In this document: positions 51,107 through 59,993 of the stretch, in pieces
Layout: each line of letters opens with the position of its first letter
Numbering within the stretch: the first letter of the stretch is position 1
Assembly: GCA_021798115.1 (NCBI GenBank)
Contig: JAJZYM010000001.1
Coordinates: 44,421 to 108,420, forward strand
Direction: 5' to 3'
DNA: 64,000 bases
Source of the DNA: Pseudomonadota bacterium
GTDB taxonomy: Bacteria > Pseudomonadota > Gammaproteobacteria > JAKAQQ01
Position numbers and translations under genes: made by a program
The notes under the pieces: model-generated
Databases searched by the model: none
Told to the model about the DNA's origin: nothing
The model's input: the letters and a program-made list of their open reading frames with translations, nothing else

Positions 51107-51445
51107 TCAGACGGCGTCTTTGAGCTTTTTCAGGGCCTGAATTTTCACGACACGGCGCGCCGGCTTGGCCTTGAACACCGTGGGCTCGCCGGTGAAGGGG
51201 TTGACCCCACGACGGGCCTTGGTGGCCGGTTTGTGCTGAATCTTGATTTTGAGAACTCCAGGGAGCACAAAAAGACCGCTGCCACGCCGTCCGAGACTCT
51301 TGTGGATCAGAACCTCAAGGCCATCGAAGACAGAGGCAACTTGTTTGCGGCTGAGCCCTGTATCTTCCGCGAGAACACGCAAAATCTCGCTCTTGCTCAT
51401 GGCCTTAGGCTTCTCGTTGGTATTTTTGCGATCGGTAGGTGTCAT
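51107..51445 (-). CDS. HU/IHF-family nucleoid-associated DNA-binding protein with Lys-rich N-terminal extension
   Basis: ...MSKSEILRVLAEDTGLSRKQVASVFDGLEVLIHKSLGRRGSGLFVLPGVLKIKIQHKPATKARRGVNPFTGEPTVFKAKPARRV... is an HU fold with the arm motif R-N-P-T-G. The start could be 51445 or 51400. Confidence 0.7.
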   Translation of the reverse strand: MTPTDRKNTNEKPKAMSKSEILRVLAEDTGLSRKQVASVFDGLEVLIHKSLGRRGSGLFVLPGVLKIKIQHKPATKARRGVNPFTGEPTVFKAKPARRVVKIQALKKLKDAV

Positions 51446-51610
51446 GAAGGATCCTCGATTGAATTGAATGAAATGAACAAACGGGCGACCGGCAAGTTCT
51501 GTCACGACCGGGCGTCTTGCACGACGCCAAACGGCGCTCCGGGAACGCGGACGTGCATGAATCTAGCACAAAAACTTTGGCCGTGTTCGCCCTCTGATCC
51601 CTCCCCCGCC

Positions 51611-52153
51611 TCAGAAAGCGGGCAGAAAGATGAGAAGGGCGCCGATGATGAGGAGCGCCACAAGGGGAGTGAAGTCGACGTTCCCTCGGGGAGGGAGGAG
51701 CCGACGTAACGGCCCCAGAAGCGGCGCCACCAGAGCGGCCACGGAACCCGACAGACCCGGCGGGAGAGCTACGAATCCCGCCAGAATGTAGATGATGAGG
51801 GTAAAGGCATAGAGGACGAGAGTCAGATCAATCGTTCCCAAGACGGCTTCCAGGGCAAGGACGGGCATTCCCGGCTCCGCAGAACCCAAGACAAGCGGTC
51901 GCAGAAGCGCTTGGAGAAAGATGATCCCCAAAGCCGCAACCCAAGCTTGCAGGTTGACCGCCCGACGTCGCCCCCCGAATCTCAGGCGGGTGTCACGTCG
52001 CGGCGGTGTCCAACGCAGCAGCAACTGCATCAGGGGCTGGGCGTAGGAAAGGCGAGCGGCGTCCGCGGCGGCACGGAGGAGAGCCAAAAGCGCACAAAAG
52101 GTCAACGCGGTCGATACGAGGAACCAGAGCGCCTGCGCGGGATGGAACGTCAC
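51611..52153 (-). CDS. yggT: YggT-family membrane protein
   Basis: Two hydrophobic halves typical of YggT. GTG at 52153 overlaps the proC TGA (GTGA). It is in the conserved proC-yggT neighbourhood. Confidence 0.65.
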   Translation of the reverse strand: MTFHPAQALWFLVSTALTFCALLALLRAAADAARLSYAQPLMQLLLRWTPPRRDTRLRFGGRRRAVNLQAWVAALGIIFLQALLRPLVLGSAEPGMPVLALEAVLGTIDLTLVLYAFTLIIYILAGFVALPPGLSGSVAALVAPLLGPLRRLLPPRGNVDFTPLVALLIIGALLIFLPAF

Positions 52154-52992
52154 GACACCACCTCGTCGCCTCTGAGCGAGCGCGCGCGGGTCCACGCGGC
52201 ACGAACCGCTGAACGCACCAGGGGGGAGAAGTCTCCCTCAGCAAGGACCCGCAGAGCCGCCTCGGTGGTTCCGCCCGGAGACGCCACCCGCGCGGACAGC
52301 GCCGCAGCATCCCCCCCCGTGGCAGCGAGCAGTGCAGGGGTTGCCTCCACCGTCCCGGCCACCAACCGCTCGGCCAAGGGCTGTGATAAGCCGAGCGCCA
52401 TGCCTTCTTCGATCATCGACTCCATCAGAGCAAGGACGTAGGCAATACCGCTTCCTGAGAGGGCTGTGACCGCATCGAGATCCTCTTCACGGGCACACCA
52501 GTGCACCTCCCCGACGGCCGCGAGGAGGCTCGCGGCCCAAGACCGGGCCTTCTCGTCGCTTGCCGGTGTAGCGTAAAGCGCGCTGACTGCACGTCCGATC
52601 GTTGCGGCGAGGTTGGGCATGGCCCGGGCGAGCGGTCGCGTTCCCCAGTGGACGGCCAGACGTTTGGTAGAAACACCTGCCGCCAGGCTAAGCAGAAGAC
52701 TTCCATCCGGCCATTGGAAGGGGCTCAGCGCATCGAGCGCCGCGTCGGTATCCTTGGGCTTGACGGCAAGCACCACAACATCGGTCCGCGCGGTTGCCGT
52801 CGGGGACGCAAGAACCTCAATAATCCGGAGTGTCTCCCGGGCATGCTCACGGGCGTGCGGATCGGTCTCGACGGCCCGCAAACACGACCGCGACCAGCCG
52901 GCCTTAAGCAGCCCGTGAACAAGCGCCGTGCCCATCCGCCCGAGACCAAGAACCGTGACCGAGGGCCTAGAAAATCTTTCCGTCATGAGCAC
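52150..52992 (-). CDS. proC: pyrroline-5-carboxylate reductase
   Basis: VTVLGLGRMGTALVHGL is the NADP-binding motif and ...SPGGTTEAALRVLAEG... the C-terminal ProC motif. Confidence 0.85.
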   Translation of the reverse strand: MLMTERFSRPSVTVLGLGRMGTALVHGLLKAGWSRSCLRAVETDPHAREHARETLRIIEVLASPTATARTDVVVLAVKPKDTDAALDALSPFQWPDGSLLLSLAAGVSTKRLAVHWGTRPLARAMPNLAATIGRAVSALYATPASDEKARSWAASLLAAVGEVHWCAREEDLDAVTALSGSGIAYVLALMESMIEEGMALGLSQPLAERLVAGTVEATPALLAATGGDAAALSARVASPGGTTEAALRVLAEGDFSPLVRSAVRAAWTRARSLRGDEVVS

Positions 52993-53061
52993 CCCACGCG
53001 CAGGCTTGCTAGTCTATAGACAGGTAACCCTTAACAAGTATAGGGAACCAGGCGAGGCCCC

Positions 53062-54126
53062 ATGAGCTCAGATTCACCCAAAACCTTTGACATCGGACAG
53101 CTTCTGGCGTTCAGCGTCCGACAAAAAGCGTCCGATCTGCACCTTTCGGCCGGCGAGCCTCCCATGATCCGGGTTGACGGCGACATCCGCCGCATCAATC
53201 TCCCGGCTCTCGCCCACAAGGAAGTGCGCGACATGGTCTATGACATCATGAACGACAAGCAGAGAAAGCAATACGAGGAGTTTCTCGAATGTGACTTCTC
53301 TTTTGAAGTCGAGTCTCTCGCCCGGTTCCGGGTCAACGCGTTCAACCAGAGGCGCGGTGCGGGGGTGGTGTTCCGCACTATTCCTTCCGTCGTTCAGAGT
53401 CTCGAAGAACTCGGCTCTCCCAAAACCTTTTCACAGCTGACCAGCGCCCCTCGCGGCCTCGTGCTTGTCACGGGACCGACCGGTTCGGGGAAATCGACGA
53501 CGCTCGCGGCGATGATCGATCACGTTAACGAAACACGCATGTCGCACATCCTCACGGTCGAGGATCCGATCGAGTTCGTACACGGTTCCAAAAAATGTCT
53601 GATCAACCAGCGCGAAGTCCACAGCCACACGCTCGGCTTCGCCGAGGCCCTCCGCTCGGCCCTGCGCGAAGATCCAGACATCATCCTCGTCGGCGAGATG
53701 CGCGATCTCGAAACCATACGGCTGGCTTTGACCGCCGCCGAAACCGGGCACCTCGTCTTTGCCACACTCCACACCAGTTCAGCCGCCAAAACCATCGACC
53801 GTATCGTTGATGTCTTCCCGGCTGCTGAGAAAGACATGGTTCGCACCATGCTGTCGGAATCCCTCAACGCCGTCATTGCCCAACGCCTCCTCAAGCGTCC
53901 GGGTGGTGGGCGGGTCGCCGCATACGAGGTGATGATCGCCACCCCCGCCATACGAAACCTGATTCGCGAAAACAAGGTGGCCCAGATGTATTCCATGATC
54001 CAGACCGGACAGTCCGTCGGCATGATGACTCTCGACCAGTGTCTCGCCGACTATCTTCGCCGCGGCTTGATCACACGCGACCAAGCCCTTGAAGCGGCAA
54101 CCAGCAAAGACCTCGTGGCACGCTGA
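53062..54126 (+). CDS. pilT: type IV pilus retraction ATPase PilT
   Basis: ...ASDLHLSAGEPPMIRVDGD..., Walker A GPTGSGKSTT, and ...VGEMRDLETIRLALTAAETGHLVFATLHT... at 354 aa. Confidence 0.9.
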   Translation: MSSDSPKTFDIGQLLAFSVRQKASDLHLSAGEPPMIRVDGDIRRINLPALAHKEVRDMVYDIMNDKQRKQYEEFLECDFSFEVESLARFRVNAFNQRRGAGVVFRTIPSVVQSLEELGSPKTFSQLTSAPRGLVLVTGPTGSGKSTTLAAMIDHVNETRMSHILTVEDPIEFVHGSKKCLINQREVHSHTLGFAEALRSALREDPDIILVGEMRDLETIRLALTAAETGHLVFATLHTSSAAKTIDRIVDVFPAAEKDMVRTMLSESLNAVIAQRLLKRPGGGRVAAYEVMIATPAIRNLIRENKVAQMYSMIQTGQSVGMMTLDQCLADYLRRGLITRDQALEAATSKDLVAR

Positions 54127-54137
54127 GGAAGCCAACC

Positions 54138-55295
54138 ATGGAACGCGAACAAGCCGTCAAATTCATGCAGGATCTCCTGCGTATCATGGTCCAGCGCCAA
54201 GCCTCCGATCTCTTCATTACCGCCCAGTTCCCGCCGGCACTCAAGATCGACGGTGAGATCCAAGCCGTTACCGACCGACCCTTCAACGAAGAACAGACCG
54301 CGGTTCTCGTGCGCGCCATCATGAACGACCGTCAGAGCCGCGAGTTCGACGCCACCAAGGAACTCAGTTTTGCCATCAGCCCTCGGGGCATCGGCCGTTT
54401 TCGTGTCAGTGCCTATCTTGAGCAAGGCCGAGTCGGCGCGGTCCTGCGCGTGATCAACACCGACGTGCCGACACTCGAAAAGCTTGGTTTGCCCCTGATC
54501 ACCCACGACATTGCCATGTCCAAGCGCGGGCTCGTGCTCGTCGTCGGTGCCACCGGTTCGGGCAAGTCCACAACCCTCGCGGCCATGGTCCGCCACCGCA
54601 ACGAAAACAGCCGCGGGCATATTGTGACGATCGAAGACCCGATCGAGTATGTGCACCGCCACATGGGATGCATCGTCACTCAGCGCGAGCTCGGAGTCGA
54701 CACGGAGTCGTGGGAGAACGCCCTCAAAAACACGCTCCGTCAAGCTCCCGATGTCATTCTCATCGGCGAAATCCGCGAACAAACGACGATGCAGTACGCG
54801 GTCGAATTTGCCGAAACCGGCCACCTCTGCCTGAGCACGCTCCACGCGAACAGTGCCAATCAGGCGCTCGATCGCATCATCAATCTCTATCCCAAAGAGA
54901 AACGGCAACAACTGCTCATGGATCTCTCCCTCAACCTCCGAGGCATGATCTCACAACGGCTTCTGCGCAAGGCAAGCGGCGAGGGACGCATCGCCGCGAT
55001 GGAGATTCTCATCAACACACCCTACGTCGCCGATCTGATTTTCAAAGGGGAAGTGGCTCAGCTCAAGGAGGTCATGGCCCGCTCCCGCCAAGCCGGCATG
55101 CAGACCTTTGACCAACATCTCTTTGATCTTTACGAGGAGAAAGCCATCACCTACGAAGAGGCGCTGCGGAACGCCGATTCGCAAAACGAGCTCCGTCTTC
55201 GCATCAAACTCGAAAGCAAACGTAGCCCGCAATCGTTCGACCAGGAAATCGAGACCCTGCATCTGCAGGACGTCGATTCCGGTCGCCCGCTGTGA
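54138..55295 (+). CDS. pilU: PilT-family ATPase PilU
   Basis: ...ASDLFITAQFPPALKIDGE..., GATGSGKSTT, IGEIREQTTMQYAVEFAETGHLCLSTLHA and a C-terminal extension at 385 aa. It is immediately downstream of pilT. Confidence 0.85.
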   Translation: MEREQAVKFMQDLLRIMVQRQASDLFITAQFPPALKIDGEIQAVTDRPFNEEQTAVLVRAIMNDRQSREFDATKELSFAISPRGIGRFRVSAYLEQGRVGAVLRVINTDVPTLEKLGLPLITHDIAMSKRGLVLVVGATGSGKSTTLAAMVRHRNENSRGHIVTIEDPIEYVHRHMGCIVTQRELGVDTESWENALKNTLRQAPDVILIGEIREQTTMQYAVEFAETGHLCLSTLHANSANQALDRIINLYPKEKRQQLLMDLSLNLRGMISQRLLRKASGEGRIAAMEILINTPYVADLIFKGEVAQLKEVMARSRQAGMQTFDQHLFDLYEEKAITYEEALRNADSQNELRLRIKLESKRSPQSFDQEIETLHLQDVDSGRPL

Positions 55296-55305
55296 GACGA
55301 CGGCC

Positions 55306-56361
55306 TTGAACCTCGAACCTTATCTGCGCCTCATGGCGGAACACAAAGCCTCGGATCTTTATCTCTCGGTCGGCGCCACCATCAAGATCCGGGTCGAGGG
55401 CCGTCTGGGATCGATCGGGAAAACGGCTCTCGACGCCACCTTGCTCACAAACGTTCTGGAATACCATCTGGGCGAGGAGCAGAGAACATCCTTCGCCAAG
55501 CACGGGCAAGTGGACATGGCCCTGCAGATCGAAGGGCTTGGGCGCTACCGCCTGAACGTCTTCCGCCAACGTGGTCAACCCGCCATGGCCGTGCGCTTCA
55601 TCCCGGAGTCAATCCCGGATCTCGACACACTGGGTCTCCCGGGAATCATCAGCGACCTGGCTCAACTTCGGCGGGGGCTGATTCTGGTGGTCGGGTCGAC
55701 CGGCGCCGGGAAATCCACCACTCTCGCCTCCCTACTCGACTGGCGCAATGCACACCACGCCGAGCACATTCTCACGGTTGAGGATCCGATTGAGTACACC
55801 TTCATCAACAAGAAATCGGTCGTTAACCAGAGGGAAGTCGGAACGGACGTCGTCTCTTACGAGAAGGCCCTACTGAGCGCGCTTCGCGCCAGCCCCGACG
55901 TGGTGATGATCGGCGAGATCCGCGACCGGGCAACCATGAGTTCCGTGCTTGAGCTTGCCACGACGGGGCACGTGGTGTTTGCCACCCTGCACACGGGCAA
56001 CGCCTACCAAGCTCTGGAGCGGATCCTCAATCTCTACCCCGTCGACGCGCACCGTCAAATTGTGACTGATCTCGGAGAAGTCTTGCGGGCCGTCATCGCG
56101 CAGCGCCTCGTGCCCAACAAGGAGGAACGGCTTGTGGCGGCTGTCGAGGTCATGCTCAATACGCCTCATATTGCCGATCTCATCCGCAAGGGGGAGATCG
56201 GCCAACTTCACGAGGCGATGGAAAGCAGCCGCGAGCAGGGGATGCAAACCTTCGACCGCGCCCTTGCCCGCCTTTACGAGCAGGGGACCATCAGCCTCGA
56301 AACCGCACTCACCCACGCCGACTCGCGGACCAATCTCGAATCCATCCTGCGTTTTGGCTGA
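55306..56361 (+). CDS. third PilT/PilU-family retraction-type ATPase paralog
   Basis: ...ASDLYLSVGATIKIRVEGR..., GSTGAGKSTT, IGEIRDRATMSSVLELATTGHVVFATLHT. The start is either TTG at 55306 or ATG at 55333, and the ORF overlaps the pilU end. Confidence 0.75.
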   Translation: MNLEPYLRLMAEHKASDLYLSVGATIKIRVEGRLGSIGKTALDATLLTNVLEYHLGEEQRTSFAKHGQVDMALQIEGLGRYRLNVFRQRGQPAMAVRFIPESIPDLDTLGLPGIISDLAQLRRGLILVVGSTGAGKSTTLASLLDWRNAHHAEHILTVEDPIEYTFINKKSVVNQREVGTDVVSYEKALLSALRASPDVVMIGEIRDRATMSSVLELATTGHVVFATLHTGNAYQALERILNLYPVDAHRQIVTDLGEVLRAVIAQRLVPNKEERLVAAVEVMLNTPHIADLIRKGEIGQLHEAMESSREQGMQTFDRALARLYEQGTISLETALTHADSRTNLESILRFG

Positions 56362-56376
56362 CAAGACCGAGGGCAC

Positions 56377-58455
56377 GTGCCGCCGGACCCTTTGTCTCCG
56401 CCCCGACGTGCGCGCCGTCCCGGCGCAACGGACGTGTCTGCCGCCCGCACCGACGTTCTCTTCCAACTCCCGTTGCGCTATGAGGACTGGACCGCCCCGC
56501 TCTCGGACGCCGCCCGACAGCCCGGCGCCAGCGGGCTTGTCGAAGGAACGGTCGCGCGGGTTTTCGAGACAGCCCGACCGCGCCGGGCCTTCGTGGCCGT
56601 CCTGACCGACGGGACCGGTCGGGAAATCCTGTCCCTGCGCTTTCTGCATGTTTTCCCGGGACTCCGCAGCCAGTTCGCACCAGGCCAACGAATCGCCGCT
56701 TACGGGCGACTGCGTCAAGGCCCACACGGGCTCGAGATGGTCCACCCCCGATGCCGTCGCGCGCCCGCAGCGGGCGCTCCCCGGCCACGAAGCCTCGAGC
56801 CGGTCTATTCCGCACGGGGGCCAATACCACCTCGGGCTCGAGCGCGCCTCGTTCGGGACGGACTCGCGCACCTCGCGCACGACCCGTCATGGACCGACAC
56901 GCTCACACCGATTTTTCACCGCTCAGGGCTCGATGTCCCTTCCTTGACCGAGTCTCTCAGTATCCTCCACGCTCCACCCGCCGAAGACAACGTCGAGCAC
57001 GTTCTGGAACAGGCCCGACGACGACTCGCCGCAGAGGAGCTGACCGCTCACATCCTGCGGACACGTCTTTGGCGCCGCGGCCTCAACGATCGACCGGCCC
57101 CAGCTCTCGTTTGCTCCAGCCATCTCGTCGACCGCTACCTGGCACAGCTGCCGTGGCGCCCAACCGAGGGGCAGCAGCGGGCGTTTGAGGAAATCCGCGC
57201 CGATCTGCGGCGGGCACAACCCATGATCCGGGTCCTCCAGGGCGATGTCGGCTGCGGGAAGACACTCGTCGCCGTCCTGGCTGCCCTTCACACCCTGGAA
57301 GCCGGAGAACAAGTGGCCCTGCTCGCCCCCACCGAGATTCTGGCCCGTCAGCACCACGATCGTCTTGCGGCTGAGCTGACCCCTCTCGGCATCACCGTGC
57401 TTGGACTCTGGGGCACCATCCCTGCCGGACAACGGCGTGTGCACGAAGCCAAGATCGCCACCCGCGACCCCTGTCTCACTGTCGGCACTCATGCTCTCCT
57501 TCACAGCAGACTCCATTTCGGCTCGCTCGGACTTGTGATCGTGGACGAGCAACACCGCTTTGGCGTCGTGCAACGCCAAACCCTCAACAGCGGACGCAGC
57601 GACGCTCTCCAGCCGCACCAACTCATCATGACCGCAACCCCGATCCCGCGGACGCTGGCACTCGCGCTTTACGGCGGCATCGATCTCACGACCATTCACG
57701 AACGCCCTCCGGGACGGACCCCGGTCCGGACGACGGTGCTCCCCGACACCCGCCGGAGAGAACTCATGGCACGGCTTCGTCACCGCTGCCTCGAGGGGTC
57801 CGAGCAGGCCTACTGGATCTGCCCGTGGATCGGAGACGAAGACGACACCGCCGAAGACGAGGGCCCGGGCGTCGCGCGCACTTACCATGAGCTCCTGACC
57901 CACTTCCCCCCCGACTCTCTTGCCCTGGTCCACGGACGGATGTCGGCGCGTGCGCGCGAGGAAGCCATGCGATTATTCCACGAGGGTCGGGCACGCATCC
58001 TCGTCGCTACCACCGTCGTCGAAGTTGGTGTCGATGTTCCAGCGGCGACCATCATGGTGATTGAAGAAGCCGACCGTCTGGGCCTGCTGCAGCTCCATCA
58101 GCTGCGCGGACGTGTCGGGCGCGGCACTCACCCCTCGCACTGCGTTCTGCTCCATAAGAGCTTGCGGCCCGAAGCGGGGGCAAGGCTCGAATCCCTCACA
58201 CGACTGAGCGACGGCCTCGACGTGGCGCGCCAGGATCTCGAGACACGTGGTCCCGGTGATGCCACAGGCACACGCCAGTCCGGCCTTCCCGGCTTTCGCT
58301 TTGTGGATCTCGCGCGCGATCTCGCTCTCGTTCCTTTCGCCCGTCGGGTCGCCGACGCCATCATGCCCGAAGGAGCGCTGGCGCCCCACGGCGAGGCTGA
58401 GAGGCTTCTGGCCCGCTGGCCGGGCCCAGGGGAAACTCTCTCGCGAACAGTTTGA
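56377..58455 (+). CDS. recG: ATP-dependent DNA helicase RecG
   Basis: ...LPLRYEDWT... wedge region, helicase motifs (GDVGCGKTLVA, DEQHRFGV, ...QLRGRVGRG...) at 692 aa with a GTG start. Confidence 0.9.
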   Translation: MPPDPLSPPRRARRPGATDVSAARTDVLFQLPLRYEDWTAPLSDAARQPGASGLVEGTVARVFETARPRRAFVAVLTDGTGREILSLRFLHVFPGLRSQFAPGQRIAAYGRLRQGPHGLEMVHPRCRRAPAAGAPRPRSLEPVYSARGPIPPRARARLVRDGLAHLAHDPSWTDTLTPIFHRSGLDVPSLTESLSILHAPPAEDNVEHVLEQARRRLAAEELTAHILRTRLWRRGLNDRPAPALVCSSHLVDRYLAQLPWRPTEGQQRAFEEIRADLRRAQPMIRVLQGDVGCGKTLVAVLAALHTLEAGEQVALLAPTEILARQHHDRLAAELTPLGITVLGLWGTIPAGQRRVHEAKIATRDPCLTVGTHALLHSRLHFGSLGLVIVDEQHRFGVVQRQTLNSGRSDALQPHQLIMTATPIPRTLALALYGGIDLTTIHERPPGRTPVRTTVLPDTRRRELMARLRHRCLEGSEQAYWICPWIGDEDDTAEDEGPGVARTYHELLTHFPPDSLALVHGRMSARAREEAMRLFHEGRARILVATTVVEVGVDVPAATIMVIEEADRLGLLQLHQLRGRVGRGTHPSHCVLLHKSLRPEAGARLESLTRLSDGLDVARQDLETRGPGDATGTRQSGLPGFRFVDLARDLALVPFARRVADAIMPEGALAPHGEAERLLARWPGPGETLSRTV

Positions 58456-59075
58456 GGGGACGGGGCTACAATGGTTCCCGTTCCTCCGACCGTTCGCGTC
58501 GGACCCTTACTCTCGTGCCCGCAAAGTCCGCCTGCTGGTTTCCGCCGTCCGATGTGCCTGCCCCAGAACGCCCCGATGGGTACTGGGCATGGCTCATTGA
58601 CCCGGCGCCTCTTACGCCCAAACTGCGCGCCCACGCCGGCGAGGACCTTGATCTGACACTGCTTCAGTCCGGTCCGGCACATCCCTGGCCCGATGAGTGG
58701 CCCGTCCTTGACCTGACACCGCGCCAACGCATCCTGCGCCGCGAAATCCTCTTTACCGTGTGCGATGATCCTTGGGTGTACGCCACAACGACGGTCAGCG
58801 AAACGGACGTCAGTTCGCTTCCCTGGTTGACCCAGCTCGGAAACGAAGCGCTCGGAGACCGGGTTTTTGCCCGCCATGGAGGGAAGCGACTGTGGCTTGA
58901 GGTTGGCCGCCTCGGGTACGGCGCTCCTCTCGCCCGCCAAGCCCGAGTGCTTCTGCACCCCAACCGTTTGCCCGATCCCTTATGGGCCCGCCGATCGCTT
59001 CTCCAGTGCGGTCGGGCCCGTTTGCTCGTGCACGAAATCTTCCTGCGCGGGGCAACCCCGTGGCGACGCAGTTGA
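58452..59075 (+). CDS. ubiC: chorismate pyruvate-lyase
   Basis: ...RREILFTVCDDPWVYATTTV...LGNEALGDRVFARHGGKRL...LLVHEIFL is the UbiC fold signature. The start is uncertain (TTG at 58452 or internal), and it sits upstream of ubiA as in E. coli. Confidence 0.65.
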   Translation: MRGRGYNGSRSSDRSRRTLTLVPAKSACWFPPSDVPAPERPDGYWAWLIDPAPLTPKLRAHAGEDLDLTLLQSGPAHPWPDEWPVLDLTPRQRILRREILFTVCDDPWVYATTTVSETDVSSLPWLTQLGNEALGDRVFARHGGKRLWLEVGRLGYGAPLARQARVLLHPNRLPDPLWARRSLLQCGRARLLVHEIFLRGATPWRRS

Positions 59076-59986
59076 ACGCCCAGGCCTTCCGTGTCCGCAC
59101 AGCCCTCGAGGCCACGCGTAAACGCCTGGGACTCTACGCTCGGCTCGTCCGTCTGGACCGGCCGATCGGGGCTCTTCTGCTGCTCTGGCCAACGCTCTGG
59201 GCTCTTTGGCTGGCGGGGCATGGGCATCCCGACCCCTGGATCCTTTTCGTTTTTGTCGCGGGTGTCTGGCTGATGCGCGGTGCGGGGTGTGCGGTCAACG
59301 ATTTTGCAGACCGCAATTTTGATCCGTACGTGGCACGGACCCGCCACCGTCCGCTCGCGCAACGCGACCTCAAGGGAAGGGAGGCCTGGGCGATCGCCTT
59401 GGTCTTGGTGGGCATCGCCTCTCTCCTCGTCTTCACACTCAATCGGCTCACCGTCCTGCTCGCGGCCGTGGCTCTCCTGCTTACGGTCAGTTATCCCTTC
59501 CTCAAACGATTCACCCACCTTCCCCAGCCGTACCTCGGTGTTGCCTTCGGTTGGGGGATCCCTATGGCCTGGGCGGCCGAAACCGGGCGGATCCCCACCG
59601 TGGCCTGGTTGCTTCTCCTCGCCAACGTTCTTTGGACCACCGTTTACGACACGTTCTACGCTATGGCCGATCGGCCCTGGGACAGGCAGCTCGGCATCAA
59701 ATCGACAGCACTCCTTTTTGGAGACTACGACCTCATCGTCATCGCGGGCCTTCAAGCACTCACGCTGCTGGCTTTCCTCCTCGTCGGTCACCGCCTGCAC
59801 CTCAACGGGTTTTACGAAGCGGGGGTCGCAACCGCCGGGGTGCTCTTTTTGGTCCAGCTCAACCGTGCCCGCGAGCGGAATCCCGAACAATGCTTCCGCT
59901 CGTTCTTGAACAACAATTGGGTTGGGCTCAGCATTTTCCTCGGCATTGCCCTCAACTACATCCTTCGCCTCACCCCTGTACGCTAG
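59060..59986 (+). CDS. ubiA: 4-hydroxybenzoate polyprenyltransferase
   Basis: ...LVRLDRPIGALLLLWPTLWALWLA...NDFADRNFD...FYAMADRPWDRQLGIKSTALLFGD. The start is GTG at 59060 or TTG at 59072, overlapping the ubiC end. Confidence 0.85.
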   Translation: MATQLNAQAFRVRTALEATRKRLGLYARLVRLDRPIGALLLLWPTLWALWLAGHGHPDPWILFVFVAGVWLMRGAGCAVNDFADRNFDPYVARTRHRPLAQRDLKGREAWAIALVLVGIASLLVFTLNRLTVLLAAVALLLTVSYPFLKRFTHLPQPYLGVAFGWGIPMAWAAETGRIPTVAWLLLLANVLWTTVYDTFYAMADRPWDRQLGIKSTALLFGDYDLIVIAGLQALTLLAFLLVGHRLHLNGFYEAGVATAGVLFLVQLNRARERNPEQCFRSFLNNNWVGLSIFLGIALNYILRLTPVR

Positions 59987-59993
59987 ACCCCGA

